A program made the position numbers and the translations under genes. The notes under the pieces are model-generated. The model searched no databases, was not told the origin of the DNA, and saw only the letters and a program-made list of their open reading frames with translations. Positions 53,743 through 62,262 of a stretch of DNA of 64,000 nucleotides are shown in pieces; the first letter of the stretch is position 1, and each line of letters starts with the position of its first letter. This DNA is from Bacteroidales bacterium (GTDB lineage: Bacteria > Bacteroidota > Bacteroidia > Bacteroidales > UBA932): positions 4,543 through 68,542 of the forward strand of contig JAFSPR010000059.1 of NCBI GenBank assembly GCA_017451395.1, in the 5' to 3' direction.

Positions 53743-55032
53743 CTAGCCCTTGAGCCGGGGGAAGCGGAAGAGGATGGAAAGGCAGGCCATTATGCCAAGG
53801 GCAAAGGGATAGTAGAGAGTGCCGATGATCGAGAGGGCCGATACCCCCGCGAGGCCGCTTGCCATAAGCATCTGGGCGCCGTATGGGAGGATGCCCTGGA
53901 CAAGGCAGGAGAAGGTATCCAGGATGGATGCTGTTTTCCTTGGATCCAGGCCGAAACGTGCGGAAATATCCTTGGCCAGAGGGCCTACGGTTATGATTGC
54001 GATGGTGTTGTTGGCTGTGCAGATGTTCACCAGGGACACAAGCGCGGCAATGGAAGCGCTGGCTCCTCGGGGGCCACGGATGCGGCGGGTTAATCGGCCG
54101 ATGATAAACTCCAGACCGCCGTTGTATCGGATGATCTCCAGCATACCGCCGGCAAGGAGGGAAACTATGATCAGTTCTCCCATTCCGCCAATGCCGGAGC
54201 CTATTGCCGACAGCCAACCCACAAAGTTGTAAGCACCTGTGATCCAGCCGATTATTCCGTTGACGCCAATGCCTATGGCAAGTACCGTGACAACGTTCAC
54301 TCCAAGGATGGCAAGCACTATCACAAGGAGGTATGGGAGCATCAGGTACCAATCGGCCCCTAAAACCTCAGGAGACGCGGTAATGCCGCGGCCAAGGAAC
54401 ACATACAGAATGGCCACGATGATTGCCGCGGGAGCCGCAATCCAAAGGTTCACCTTGAACTTGTCCTGCATGGAGCAACCCTGGGTTTTTGTTGCTGCAA
54501 CTGTGGTATCGGATATGAACGAGAGGTTGTCCCCGAAGAACGCTCCGCCAACTATGATTCCGGTAATGAGCGGAACGCTTGAGCCTGTCCCGGCGGCAAT
54601 GCCTGATGCAATGGGAACAAGGGCCACGATGGTGCCTACGGATGTCCCCACGGCCATAGAAACAAAGCAGGCGGCAAGGAAAAGACCTGCATAGAGGAGG
54701 TTTCCTGGGAGGATGCTCAGGGTAGCATTTACGGTTGCGTCAATTGCGCCGATATCCTTTGCGGTTGAGGCAAAAGCCCCTGCCAGCACAAAGATCCATA
54801 TCATCAGGAGGACGTTCCTGTTGCCGGCGCCGGAGGAGAAGATGGCAATCTTTTCGTCGGTCTTCTGTACTCCGCGGGTAATGAGCATAGCGTAAGCGGT
54901 TGCTATGATGAATGCCGCGGCCACAGGGACCTTGTAGAAATCTCCTGCCAGGATGGCCCCCGCCACGTATACGGCCATAAATACCAAAAGGGGGCTCAGG
55001 GCCAGCCAGCCGTTTATTTTTCCGTTTGCCAT
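53743..55032 (-). CDS. NhaC-family transporter (amino-acid transporter-like)
   Basis: GTSVGT, GGAFFGDNLSFISDTT, ANNTIAI; many TMs. Confidence 0.85.
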   Translation of the reverse strand: MANGKINGWLALSPLLVFMAVYVAGAILAGDFYKVPVAAAFIIATAYAMLITRGVQKTDEKIAIFSSGAGNRNVLLMIWIFVLAGAFASTAKDIGAIDATVNATLSILPGNLLYAGLFLAACFVSMAVGTSVGTIVALVPIASGIAAGTGSSVPLITGIIVGGAFFGDNLSFISDTTVAATKTQGCSMQDKFKVNLWIAAPAAIIVAILYVFLGRGITASPEVLGADWYLMLPYLLVIVLAILGVNVVTVLAIGIGVNGIIGWITGAYNFVGWLSAIGSGIGGMGELIIVSLLAGGMLEIIRYNGGLEFIIGRLTRRIRGPRGASASIAALVSLVNICTANNTIAIITVGPLAKDISARFGLDPRKTASILDTFSCLVQGILPYGAQMLMASGLAGVSALSIIGTLYYPFALGIMACLSILFRFPRLKG

Positions 55033-55115
55033 AATACTCTACTAACTTTTGCAAAGATAGGGATTTTTAATTATCGGCAAAAATTCTTACCTTTGGACTG
55101 AAAATAACCACAACT

Positions 55116-55763
55116 ATGAACACATCAGAGAAATTTGTCATAACCATCAGCCGTGAACTTGGCTCAGGAGGACGCACCGTCGGCCGTAAACTCGCAGAGG
55201 CGCTTGATGTCCGCTACTCAGACAAGGAACTTGTCCACGAACTTATGAAGCGCTTCAATCTCACCGTTTCCGGCATTGAGAAACTCAAGGGAGAGAAAAA
55301 GACCTGGATATCGGACTTCCTCCAGATGGTGGCGCCCGTCCCCAAGATGTCCCTCCTCACCGGCTACGATGACAAATTTGCGGCGGAATTCCGCCCGGAT
55401 GTCACCTCTGATGATATTTTCAAGGCCGAAACCGAAATCTTACAGGCCATTGCCGCGGAAGGCTCATGCGTGATTGCCGGCCGCTCCGGATTCCATGTCC
55501 TCAGGGACTGCCCCAACAAAGTTGACGTGTTCATCACCGCATCCAAGGAGCACCGCATAGAGCGTGTTGCCCGCAAGCAGAACCTCACCCCGGAGCAGGC
55601 GGGTATCCTCATCGATAAGATCGACAAGGACCGTGACACCTACATCAGGAACTATGCGGGTGTCAGCCGCTACGACCTCCGCAACTACCAGCTTGTCCTC
55701 AATATGGACACCCTCTCGGAGGACGATGCCGTAGCCATTATCCTCAAGTTCATCGGCAAGTAG
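55116..55763 (+). CDS. Cytidylate kinase-like family protein
   Basis: ITISRELGSGG, CVIAGR, YQLVLN; TACCTTTG at 55088-55095. Confidence 0.85.
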   Translation: MNTSEKFVITISRELGSGGRTVGRKLAEALDVRYSDKELVHELMKRFNLTVSGIEKLKGEKKTWISDFLQMVAPVPKMSLLTGYDDKFAAEFRPDVTSDDIFKAETEILQAIAAEGSCVIAGRSGFHVLRDCPNKVDVFITASKEHRIERVARKQNLTPEQAGILIDKIDKDRDTYIRNYAGVSRYDLRNYQLVLNMDTLSEDDAVAIILKFIGK

Positions 55764-55770
55764 CCCACCC

Positions 55771-55895
55771 TAATTGTAATGCCGATGCGGTGGAAGCCAA
55801 TCGGCACATTATCAATCACTTACACGATTCTTTGGTATTACAGGTAATCCCATAGAATCGTGTAACTTTCTATATGTCAATCACTTAACTTCCAC
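55771..55895 (+). repeat. 125-bp box-40bp-box element, core type A
   Basis: ATTGTAATGCCGATGCGGTGGA tail, TATCAATCACTTA box, palindromic core, ends TTCCAC. Confidence 0.82.
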
Positions 55896-55923
55896 CCATC
55901 CTATGGCCCTCCAGTTTATCGGC

Positions 55924-56027
55924 CAGCACCTGTTCAGGACCTGAATGGGCCGATTTAGGTCTTGATGGCGTGCTGTAGCATCTCTCCAGGACCGGATTTC
56001 CGCGATTCCGGTCTTGCTGACGTGCTG
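55924..56027. repeat. Tandem dimer of a 52-bp palindromic unit
   Basis: Units 55924-55975 and 55976-56027: YAGCAY...CAGGACC...GGTCTTG...CGTGCTG. Confidence 0.78.
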
Positions 56028-56130
56028 GCTGTAGATATAAACAAAAAACCATCACAAGGGGTTGTGACGGGTATATAGCGAGTTTCAGAGGTGGCCGGCA
56101 TATTGGGCCAGGACTGTATGATGTTTGGTG

Positions 56131-56207
56131 TGGTAGCGGGAGTGGGTCACGATCCCACGACCTCCGGATTATGAATCCGACGCTCTAACCAGCTGAGCTA
56201 CCCCGCC
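56131..56207 (-). tRNA. tRNA-Met (CAT), elongator type
   Basis: GGCGGGGTAGCTCAGCTGGTTAGAGCG-TCGGA-TTCATAA-TCCGG...CCCGCTACCA. Ile2 not fully excluded. Confidence 0.9.
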
Positions 56208-56214
56208 AAGTCTG

Positions 56215-56285
56215 TTGAGATAGAAGGACTCGAACCCTCACTGACAGAGCCAGAATCTGTAGTGCTACCATTACACCATATCTCA
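56215..56285 (-). tRNA. tRNA-Gln (CTG)
   Basis: TGAGATA-TGGTGTAATGGTAGCAC-TACAGA-TTCTGGC-TCTGT...GGTTCGAGTCC-TTC-TATCTCA-A; CCA not encoded. Confidence 0.92.
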
Positions 56286-56411
56286 ATGTGCCCCGAATTG
56301 GGACTGCAAATTTACTGCTTTTTTCCAAATCTGCAAGCGCAAAATTAAAAAAAGTGAAAAAGGCGCCCTAACTCTTTCTGAAAACCGCGAAAAATGCTAT
56401 ATTTGCAGTCT

Positions 56412-56942
56412 ATGCGTGCGCGTGTGTTCATATACATTCTTTCTGTGCTCCTTCTGGCCGGCTGCAACAAGCCCCCGGTGACGGAAGGCACGGATATGCA
56501 CGAATTCACCCAGGAGGAACTTCAGAAAAAACGTCTGGACGATGCCTTCACGCTGTTTTTCAAGAAGTTCAATTTTGAAAAGGTGGACAATCCCACTGCG
56601 GAAATCCTTGCAAACAGCAAGGTCACAATTCCCAGCCCCGGGGTTATCCGCTACACTTACACCAAGAACGGCCTTACGCTCATTTCCATGGACGTGAGCT
56701 CCGGCGGCTTCGTGGCCACCCTCCACGGCGGCATCCGTCTTGAGGGAGTGGGCCTTGGAGAAAACGGAACCAAGGTTTTCATTGACGGGGACCAACTGGC
56801 AACCCTGGATATGGTCATGTACAACAAAGTTCCCACGCCCGTATTCCGCTTCCCGGACGGCACCACATATGCCGTCACTGGAGTTCTTCTTGTAGAACCG
56901 CTGATAGATTTCCTTTTGAAGAATGTGTTCTCTACGGAATAG
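56412..56942 (+). CDS. Hypothetical lipoprotein
   Basis: Lipobox LLAGC; -7 box TATATTTG near 56398. Confidence 0.72.
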   Translation: MRARVFIYILSVLLLAGCNKPPVTEGTDMHEFTQEELQKKRLDDAFTLFFKKFNFEKVDNPTAEILANSKVTIPSPGVIRYTYTKNGLTLISMDVSSGGFVATLHGGIRLEGVGLGENGTKVFIDGDQLATLDMVMYNKVPTPVFRFPDGTTYAVTGVLLVEPLIDFLLKNVFSTE

Positions 56943-58947
56943 CCTTGCGGCCATAGCGCTGCTTGCAGCCTGCTTCTTCGCGCGTGCGCAGGAGCCGGAT
57001 ACCGTAGCCACGTTCAACCTTGACAAATCCGTCATTACGGAGGAGTCCAAAAAGCCGCTGGTCCTCAACAGCCGCGGCATAAGCGGCCAGATAAACACGG
57101 ACGAGATAACAAAGATTCCCGCCATCCTGGGCACTCCGGATCCCATCCGTTTTGTGCGTCTCCTTCCCAGCGTGCAGGTGAACACAGAGGTTGACGGCGG
57201 CCTGTACATGCAGGGAAGCGAGCACTCCCACACCCTCATATCCCAGGAAGGCGTCCCCATCTATGGCACCGGGCATATGCTGGGCTTCTTCTCGGCCTTC
57301 AACTCCCCTCATTACAAGGGAATGAAGTACGCCACAAGTTGCGGCCAGGAATCCCGTATCGGCGGTCTCATAGATATGCAACTGGCCGATACTGTTGCCC
57401 GAAAACTCAGCGTGGATGCATCCGTGAGCCTTTTATCGGCCCAGGGAACTGTGGATATTCCCCTTGGAAAGTCCTCCCTCAAGATAAGCGCCCGGCGCAC
57501 CTACCTTGACCTCCTCTTCGGCGGAATGCTCCGCTACGAGGACAACGCAATGACGTACAACTTCACGGATGCCAACATAACCTGGACGTGGAAACCCACA
57601 AAGAAGGACCGCATCACCGTAGACCTCTTCGGGGGTCTTGATATGGGCCTTTTCACGGGCGTGGGCCTATTTGAGAATATGGACGCCAAGTGGTATAACG
57701 CCCTTGGCGCCGTCCACTGGAACCACTATTACACGGAGGCCAGCCTCAAGCAGACCGTCTACTACACAACGGCGGGCCTGGATCCCAGACTTAAGGCCTT
57801 CGGCGTCTATGCCAGGATGCAGTCCTACATCATGGACGCCGGGTACCGCGCAAAACTCCACTGGAAGAACTGGGACTTCGGCGCCCGTTTCAGCGCATAT
57901 TACACCCAGCCGCAGAATCCCTACACGGAAGGTCATTTCAACGACGCCCGCAACAACGGCGGCATCCCCACGGAAAGCGCGTTTGCTGCGGCCATAAATG
58001 CGGAATACAGCCGCAGCCTTGGCTACTGGCTCAGCCTCAAGGCCGGGTTCGGGGCCGATTGGTACCTGTCGCCGCAGCGCAAGAGTTACTGGGGTGTTAC
58101 CCCTGAGGTAAGTCTTGTGGCCGATTTCCTGGAGGGCGGCAAACTTGACTTCACCTATGGAATCAAGCGCCAGAACCTGTTCCAGACCGGCCTTACCTCT
58201 TCCGGCCTGCCGTCGGAATTCTGGACCCTTGCCGGGGATCTCCAGGCGCCTCAGTGGGCCCACTGCTTCTCCCTCGCATACAACAACAGTTTCTGGGACC
58301 AGACGATGTCAGTGTCGGCCGAGGTCTACTACAAACAGCTCTACAACCAGTTGGAGTACGTGGGCAGCCTTATGGATATGTACACCGGAGACTATTCCCT
58401 GGAGACAAGTACCCTCAAGGGAAACGGCCGCGCCTTTGGCTTCAACCTTATGATCCAGAAACAGAAAGGCCGATTCACCGGCTGGATCAGCTATGCCTGG
58501 GCAAGGAGCCTCCGCACCTTCCTCAACGACTGGCACTCGTTTGAGTTTACATCGGCCCATGAAAGACGCCACGAACTTGACATAGTTGCAACCTACGACT
58601 TCGGGCGCTTTGACGTTGGCGGCACATTTGTGGTGGCAAGCGGTACGCCCTACACCCGTCCCACCTCTTTCTACCTTGTAGGAAGCCGTATGGTGTGCAC
58701 CTACGGCCCCTATAACGCGGAAACCCTATCCCCCTATGCCAAGCTTGACCTTAGCGGCAACTGGTACATAAAGAAGAGCCCAAGGCTCACACACGGCATC
58801 AATTTTTCAATGTACAACGTCCTTGGAAGGGTTAACGCTGTTGGTTACGGGCTTCATTTCAACAGAAAGAATATGACCTATTCTTTCCGTCCCAACCTTA
58901 TCCAGATCCGTTTCATGCCGTCCGTCGGTTATTTCCTGAGATTCTAG
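56923..58947 (+). CDS. TonB-dependent outer-membrane receptor
   Basis: Plug motif IPAILGTPDPIRFVRLLPSV, beta-barrel strands, C-terminal YFLRF. Confidence 0.85.
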   Translation: MCSLRNSLAAIALLAACFFARAQEPDTVATFNLDKSVITEESKKPLVLNSRGISGQINTDEITKIPAILGTPDPIRFVRLLPSVQVNTEVDGGLYMQGSEHSHTLISQEGVPIYGTGHMLGFFSAFNSPHYKGMKYATSCGQESRIGGLIDMQLADTVARKLSVDASVSLLSAQGTVDIPLGKSSLKISARRTYLDLLFGGMLRYEDNAMTYNFTDANITWTWKPTKKDRITVDLFGGLDMGLFTGVGLFENMDAKWYNALGAVHWNHYYTEASLKQTVYYTTAGLDPRLKAFGVYARMQSYIMDAGYRAKLHWKNWDFGARFSAYYTQPQNPYTEGHFNDARNNGGIPTESAFAAAINAEYSRSLGYWLSLKAGFGADWYLSPQRKSYWGVTPEVSLVADFLEGGKLDFTYGIKRQNLFQTGLTSSGLPSEFWTLAGDLQAPQWAHCFSLAYNNSFWDQTMSVSAEVYYKQLYNQLEYVGSLMDMYTGDYSLETSTLKGNGRAFGFNLMIQKQKGRFTGWISYAWARSLRTFLNDWHSFEFTSAHERRHELDIVATYDFGRFDVGGTFVVASGTPYTRPTSFYLVGSRMVCTYGPYNAETLSPYAKLDLSGNWYIKKSPRLTHGINFSMYNVLGRVNAVGYGLHFNRKNMTYSFRPNLIQIRFMPSVGYFLRF

Positions 58948-59796
58948 ATGAAAAAGATCCTTCATATCGTAGTCATCGCCCTTCTTCCTTTGCTCCTGGC
59001 CTGCTCCAAGACGGAGGAGGTGGGCCGGTCACAGCTTGTGGTTGAGGGCTGGATAGAGAACGGAGGGAATCCGGTTGTGATGGTGTCGGAATCAATCGGC
59101 ATAGCAACTGACCGTGAGATGGACTCCAAGGGCATCCTTGACCATATTGCAAAATGGGCCAAGGTAAGCATCTCCGATGGCACCAGGACTGAGATCCTTA
59201 CCGGAATTCCGGATCCGGAGTATTTTCCGCCGTACATCTACACCACATCGGCCATCACCGGAGAAGTGGGCAAGACCTACACCCTCAAGGTGGATTACAA
59301 GGACTACCATGTTGAGGCCTCCACCAAGATTCCGGACCCTGTTCCCATAGACAAGGTCTACGTCCAGGCAGTAACGGATACTACAGCTTCCGTTAGGGTT
59401 TGCTTCACGGATCCCCCTCAGACGGGCCAGTTCTACAAGATATTCACAAAGACTGAAGGGAAGGATTCCCATTATCACCCTTCGGCAATGACCAATATCT
59501 CCGACGAATCCCTGAACGGCTATACGGAAGTCTTTGTATACAGCACCCAGCGGCTTATGGACTACATTGATATGCCCAACATCCATACCGGTGACGTGCT
59601 GTGGATAAAACTCTGTTCCACGGACAGGAAAACCTTCGAGTACTGGAACAATTTTGAGATAATGCTGGCCTCCAATGCCTTCAGCATGTTCTTCGAGAAC
59701 GACCTGGAAAGCAATCTGGATGGCGCCCTTGGCTACTGGGCCGGCTACGGAGTGGATAAGGAAGTTAAATTTACAGTAACAGATCCGGATGAATAA
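58948..59796 (+). CDS. DUF4249-family lipoprotein
   Basis: Lipobox LLAC, LVVEGWIENG, SNLDGALGYWAG; follows the TBDR. Confidence 0.82.
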   Translation: MKKILHIVVIALLPLLLACSKTEEVGRSQLVVEGWIENGGNPVVMVSESIGIATDREMDSKGILDHIAKWAKVSISDGTRTEILTGIPDPEYFPPYIYTTSAITGEVGKTYTLKVDYKDYHVEASTKIPDPVPIDKVYVQAVTDTTASVRVCFTDPPQTGQFYKIFTKTEGKDSHYHPSAMTNISDESLNGYTEVFVYSTQRLMDYIDMPNIHTGDVLWIKLCSTDRKTFEYWNNFEIMLASNAFSMFFENDLESNLDGALGYWAGYGVDKEVKFTVTDPDE

Positions 59797-60844
59797 TCTA
59801 GACCCTCATTGCCAGGCTATCCTGGAAGAATACAGGCAGGCAAAACCTGCCTGCGACGATGCCGCAGTCAAGGTCAAGGCCACCTTGGAGAAAGTTTTCA
59901 AGAAGTCAGGGCTCATAGTGGCTGCCATAGAATCCCGCGTTAAAACGGAGGAGTCCCTTGCCGGCAAACTTGAACTGAAAGGCTCCAAGTATGCCTCCCT
60001 GGCCGATATTACGGATATAGTGGGCGTCCGCGTCATTACCTTCTACATTGACGATGTAGACAAGGTGGCATCGGCCGTGGAGCGTCTTTTCAAGGTGGAC
60101 TGGGAGAATTCCGTAGACAAGAGGAAGATCCATGAGATAGACAGTTTCGGCTATATGTCCCTCCACTACATCTGCTCCATGGACGGCTTCCCCTACCGCT
60201 TCGAGATTCAGATGAGGACGGTTCTCCAGCATGCCTGGGCCAACATGAACCACGACACCGGCTACAAATCCGGCGTGGAAATCCCTCTTGAGTACAGGCG
60301 CAGCCTGAGCCGCCTGTCCGGTCTTCTGGAGCTGGCCGATGAACAGTTCTCGGAAATCAGGGCCGATCTTGCCGACTACCGCCGCCGCATCCAGGCCCTT
60401 GTGGCCTCCGGAAACCTCTCAGAGGTTCCCCTGGACGGAGACTCCTTCCGCAGTTTCCTCAATACCAGGCCCTTCGATCCCCTCAACCGCCGCATAGCCT
60501 CCATGAACCAGGCGGAGATCCAGGAGGTTTCCCTTATGGGATACCTGGAAGTTTTCAAGATGCTCCAGTGCAAAACCCTCGGAGACATAGCCAAAATCAT
60601 CAAGGACAACTCTGAGGGCGCCTTCCAACTGGCCTGCTATCAGATTGGCCTTACGGACCTTGACATCATCTCTTCTTCCATCGGCCCTCAGGACCTGTGC
60701 ATAGCCTACATAGTGAAGGTGGGCGGCGGAAAAGTCGGCCTCAAAATGCTCCTGGACATAATAAACGGAGAGAGCGACACCAATAATATGATGGCCGAAA
60801 TCCTCTTTGAACAGACGTCAAACCTTCCTTTTATGAATCAGTAA
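59789..60844 (+). CDS. Small alarmone synthetase-like protein (RelA/SpoT SYNTH domain plus uncharacterised C-terminal domain)
   Basis: SRVKTEESLAGK, DIVGVRVI, GYMSLHY, EIQMRTVLQHAWANMNHDTGYK; no HD, TGS or ACT domains. Confidence 0.88.
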   Translation: MNNLDPHCQAILEEYRQAKPACDDAAVKVKATLEKVFKKSGLIVAAIESRVKTEESLAGKLELKGSKYASLADITDIVGVRVITFYIDDVDKVASAVERLFKVDWENSVDKRKIHEIDSFGYMSLHYICSMDGFPYRFEIQMRTVLQHAWANMNHDTGYKSGVEIPLEYRRSLSRLSGLLELADEQFSEIRADLADYRRRIQALVASGNLSEVPLDGDSFRSFLNTRPFDPLNRRIASMNQAEIQEVSLMGYLEVFKMLQCKTLGDIAKIIKDNSEGAFQLACYQIGLTDLDIISSSIGPQDLCIAYIVKVGGGKVGLKMLLDIINGESDTNNMMAEILFEQTSNLPFMNQ

Positions 60845-61446
60845 TGGCAAATAACCCACTTAATACAGACCTTCTTGACCGCGCCATAATATTTGCGGTC
60901 AAAGCCCACGCCGGCACTGAGCGCCGCGGAAAGGGCTTCCCCTACATAGTCCACCCTATGGAAGCCGTGGAAATAGTGGCAACCATAACCCCGGACCAGG
61001 AACTCCTTGCCGCCGCCGCCCTCCACGACGTAATTGAGGACACAGATATATCGGCCGATGAACTCCGCGCGGAATTCGGGGACAGGATAGCGAACCTTGT
61101 GGTCTCCGAATCCGACGTATTCCCGGAGGGCGTTTCAGAGGAAGACAGTTGGCGCGCCCGCAAACAGGCCGCCATAGACCGCCTTGCCGCCGCCCCCCGC
61201 GACGCCAAGATAGTTGCCATGGGGGACAAGCTGTCCAACATGAGGGCAATTGCAAGGGACTACGCAGTGAAGGGGGATGAACTCTGGAAAATCTTCCACG
61301 CTCCGGATCCCAGTGACCACGAGTGGCATTACAGGGGCCTGGCTTGGGCCCTCAGCGACCTCTCTGACACCTTTGCTTACAAGGAATTCGAGAGTCTTAT
61401 AGACAAAGTATTCACTAAATGGAACGGAGAATTATGGATGCAATAA
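60844..61446 (+). CDS. Small alarmone hydrolase-like HD protein (Mesh1/SAH type)
   Basis: HAGTERRGKGFPYIVHP, AAALHDVIED, GDKLSNMR. Confidence 0.88.
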   Translation: MANNPLNTDLLDRAIIFAVKAHAGTERRGKGFPYIVHPMEAVEIVATITPDQELLAAAALHDVIEDTDISADELRAEFGDRIANLVVSESDVFPEGVSEEDSWRARKQAAIDRLAAAPRDAKIVAMGDKLSNMRAIARDYAVKGDELWKIFHAPDPSDHEWHYRGLAWALSDLSDTFAYKEFESLIDKVFTKWNGELWMQ

Positions 61447-62261
61447 AAATCAATCTTGAGGACTATGTCCACTCCGGCGAAGGCGCCAACGGAGAAAGTT
61501 TCAATCACCGTACAAACCCGGACGTTATGATGAAACTCTACAATCCGGGAAAGGTGCAGCAGCCCCTTGACGAGATGCTTATGGCCCGCAAGGTCTTTGA
61601 ACTTGGAATTCCCACCCCGGAGCCCGGAGAATACGTAACCGACGGCGTTCGCTACGGCCTGCGCTTCCGCCGCATAACCGGAAAGGTTTCCTATTCCCGC
61701 GCAACGGCCGATAATCCCGAAAAAGTGGCCCAGTATGCCGCGGAGTTTGCCGAAATGTGCCGCAACCTTCACAAGGTCCATGTGGACCCTGAGGAGTTCG
61801 AGTGCGTGAAAGACCGCTACTACAGGCTTCTGGCAGAGAACCCGTTCTTTACTTCGGCCGAAAAAGACGCAATTGGGAAATTCATCGCGGACGCCCCGGA
61901 CACCGACACCGCCATCCACGGAGACCTCCAGTTCAGTAACGCCATCTTTGTTGGGAAACAGCGCTACTTCATAGACCTTGGAGACTTCTGCTACGGCTAC
62001 AAACTCTTTGACGTGGCAATGGTGTACCTCTGCTGCTGCCTAAGCAAGGAAGACTTCATTTCCGAGATTTTCCATATGCCCAAGTCCCTTTCCATCAAGT
62101 TCTGGGAGCACTTTGCCCCGGAATATTTCGGCCATGACCGCCCTCTCAAGGATATAGTGGAAGAGATAAGGCCTTATGCCGGCCTCAAGACCCTTATAAT
62201 CGAGCGCGACACCAAATGTCCCAAGCCGGAATTCAGGGAATGTCTTAAAGGAATAATCTAG
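61434..62261 (+). CDS. APH/choline-kinase-like phosphotransferase (resembles TIGR02172 family)
   Basis: GEGANG Gly loop, MMKLY, HGDLQFSN catalytic loop, FIDLGDF. Confidence 0.8.
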   Translation: MDAIKINLEDYVHSGEGANGESFNHRTNPDVMMKLYNPGKVQQPLDEMLMARKVFELGIPTPEPGEYVTDGVRYGLRFRRITGKVSYSRATADNPEKVAQYAAEFAEMCRNLHKVHVDPEEFECVKDRYYRLLAENPFFTSAEKDAIGKFIADAPDTDTAIHGDLQFSNAIFVGKQRYFIDLGDFCYGYKLFDVAMVYLCCCLSKEDFISEIFHMPKSLSIKFWEHFAPEYFGHDRPLKDIVEEIRPYAGLKTLIIERDTKCPKPEFRECLKGII

Positions 62262-62262
62262 C

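Noticed and set aside
56030-56290. tRNA pair as integration site of a genomic island
   Set aside because: No integrase and no duplicated tRNA 3' end found in the window.
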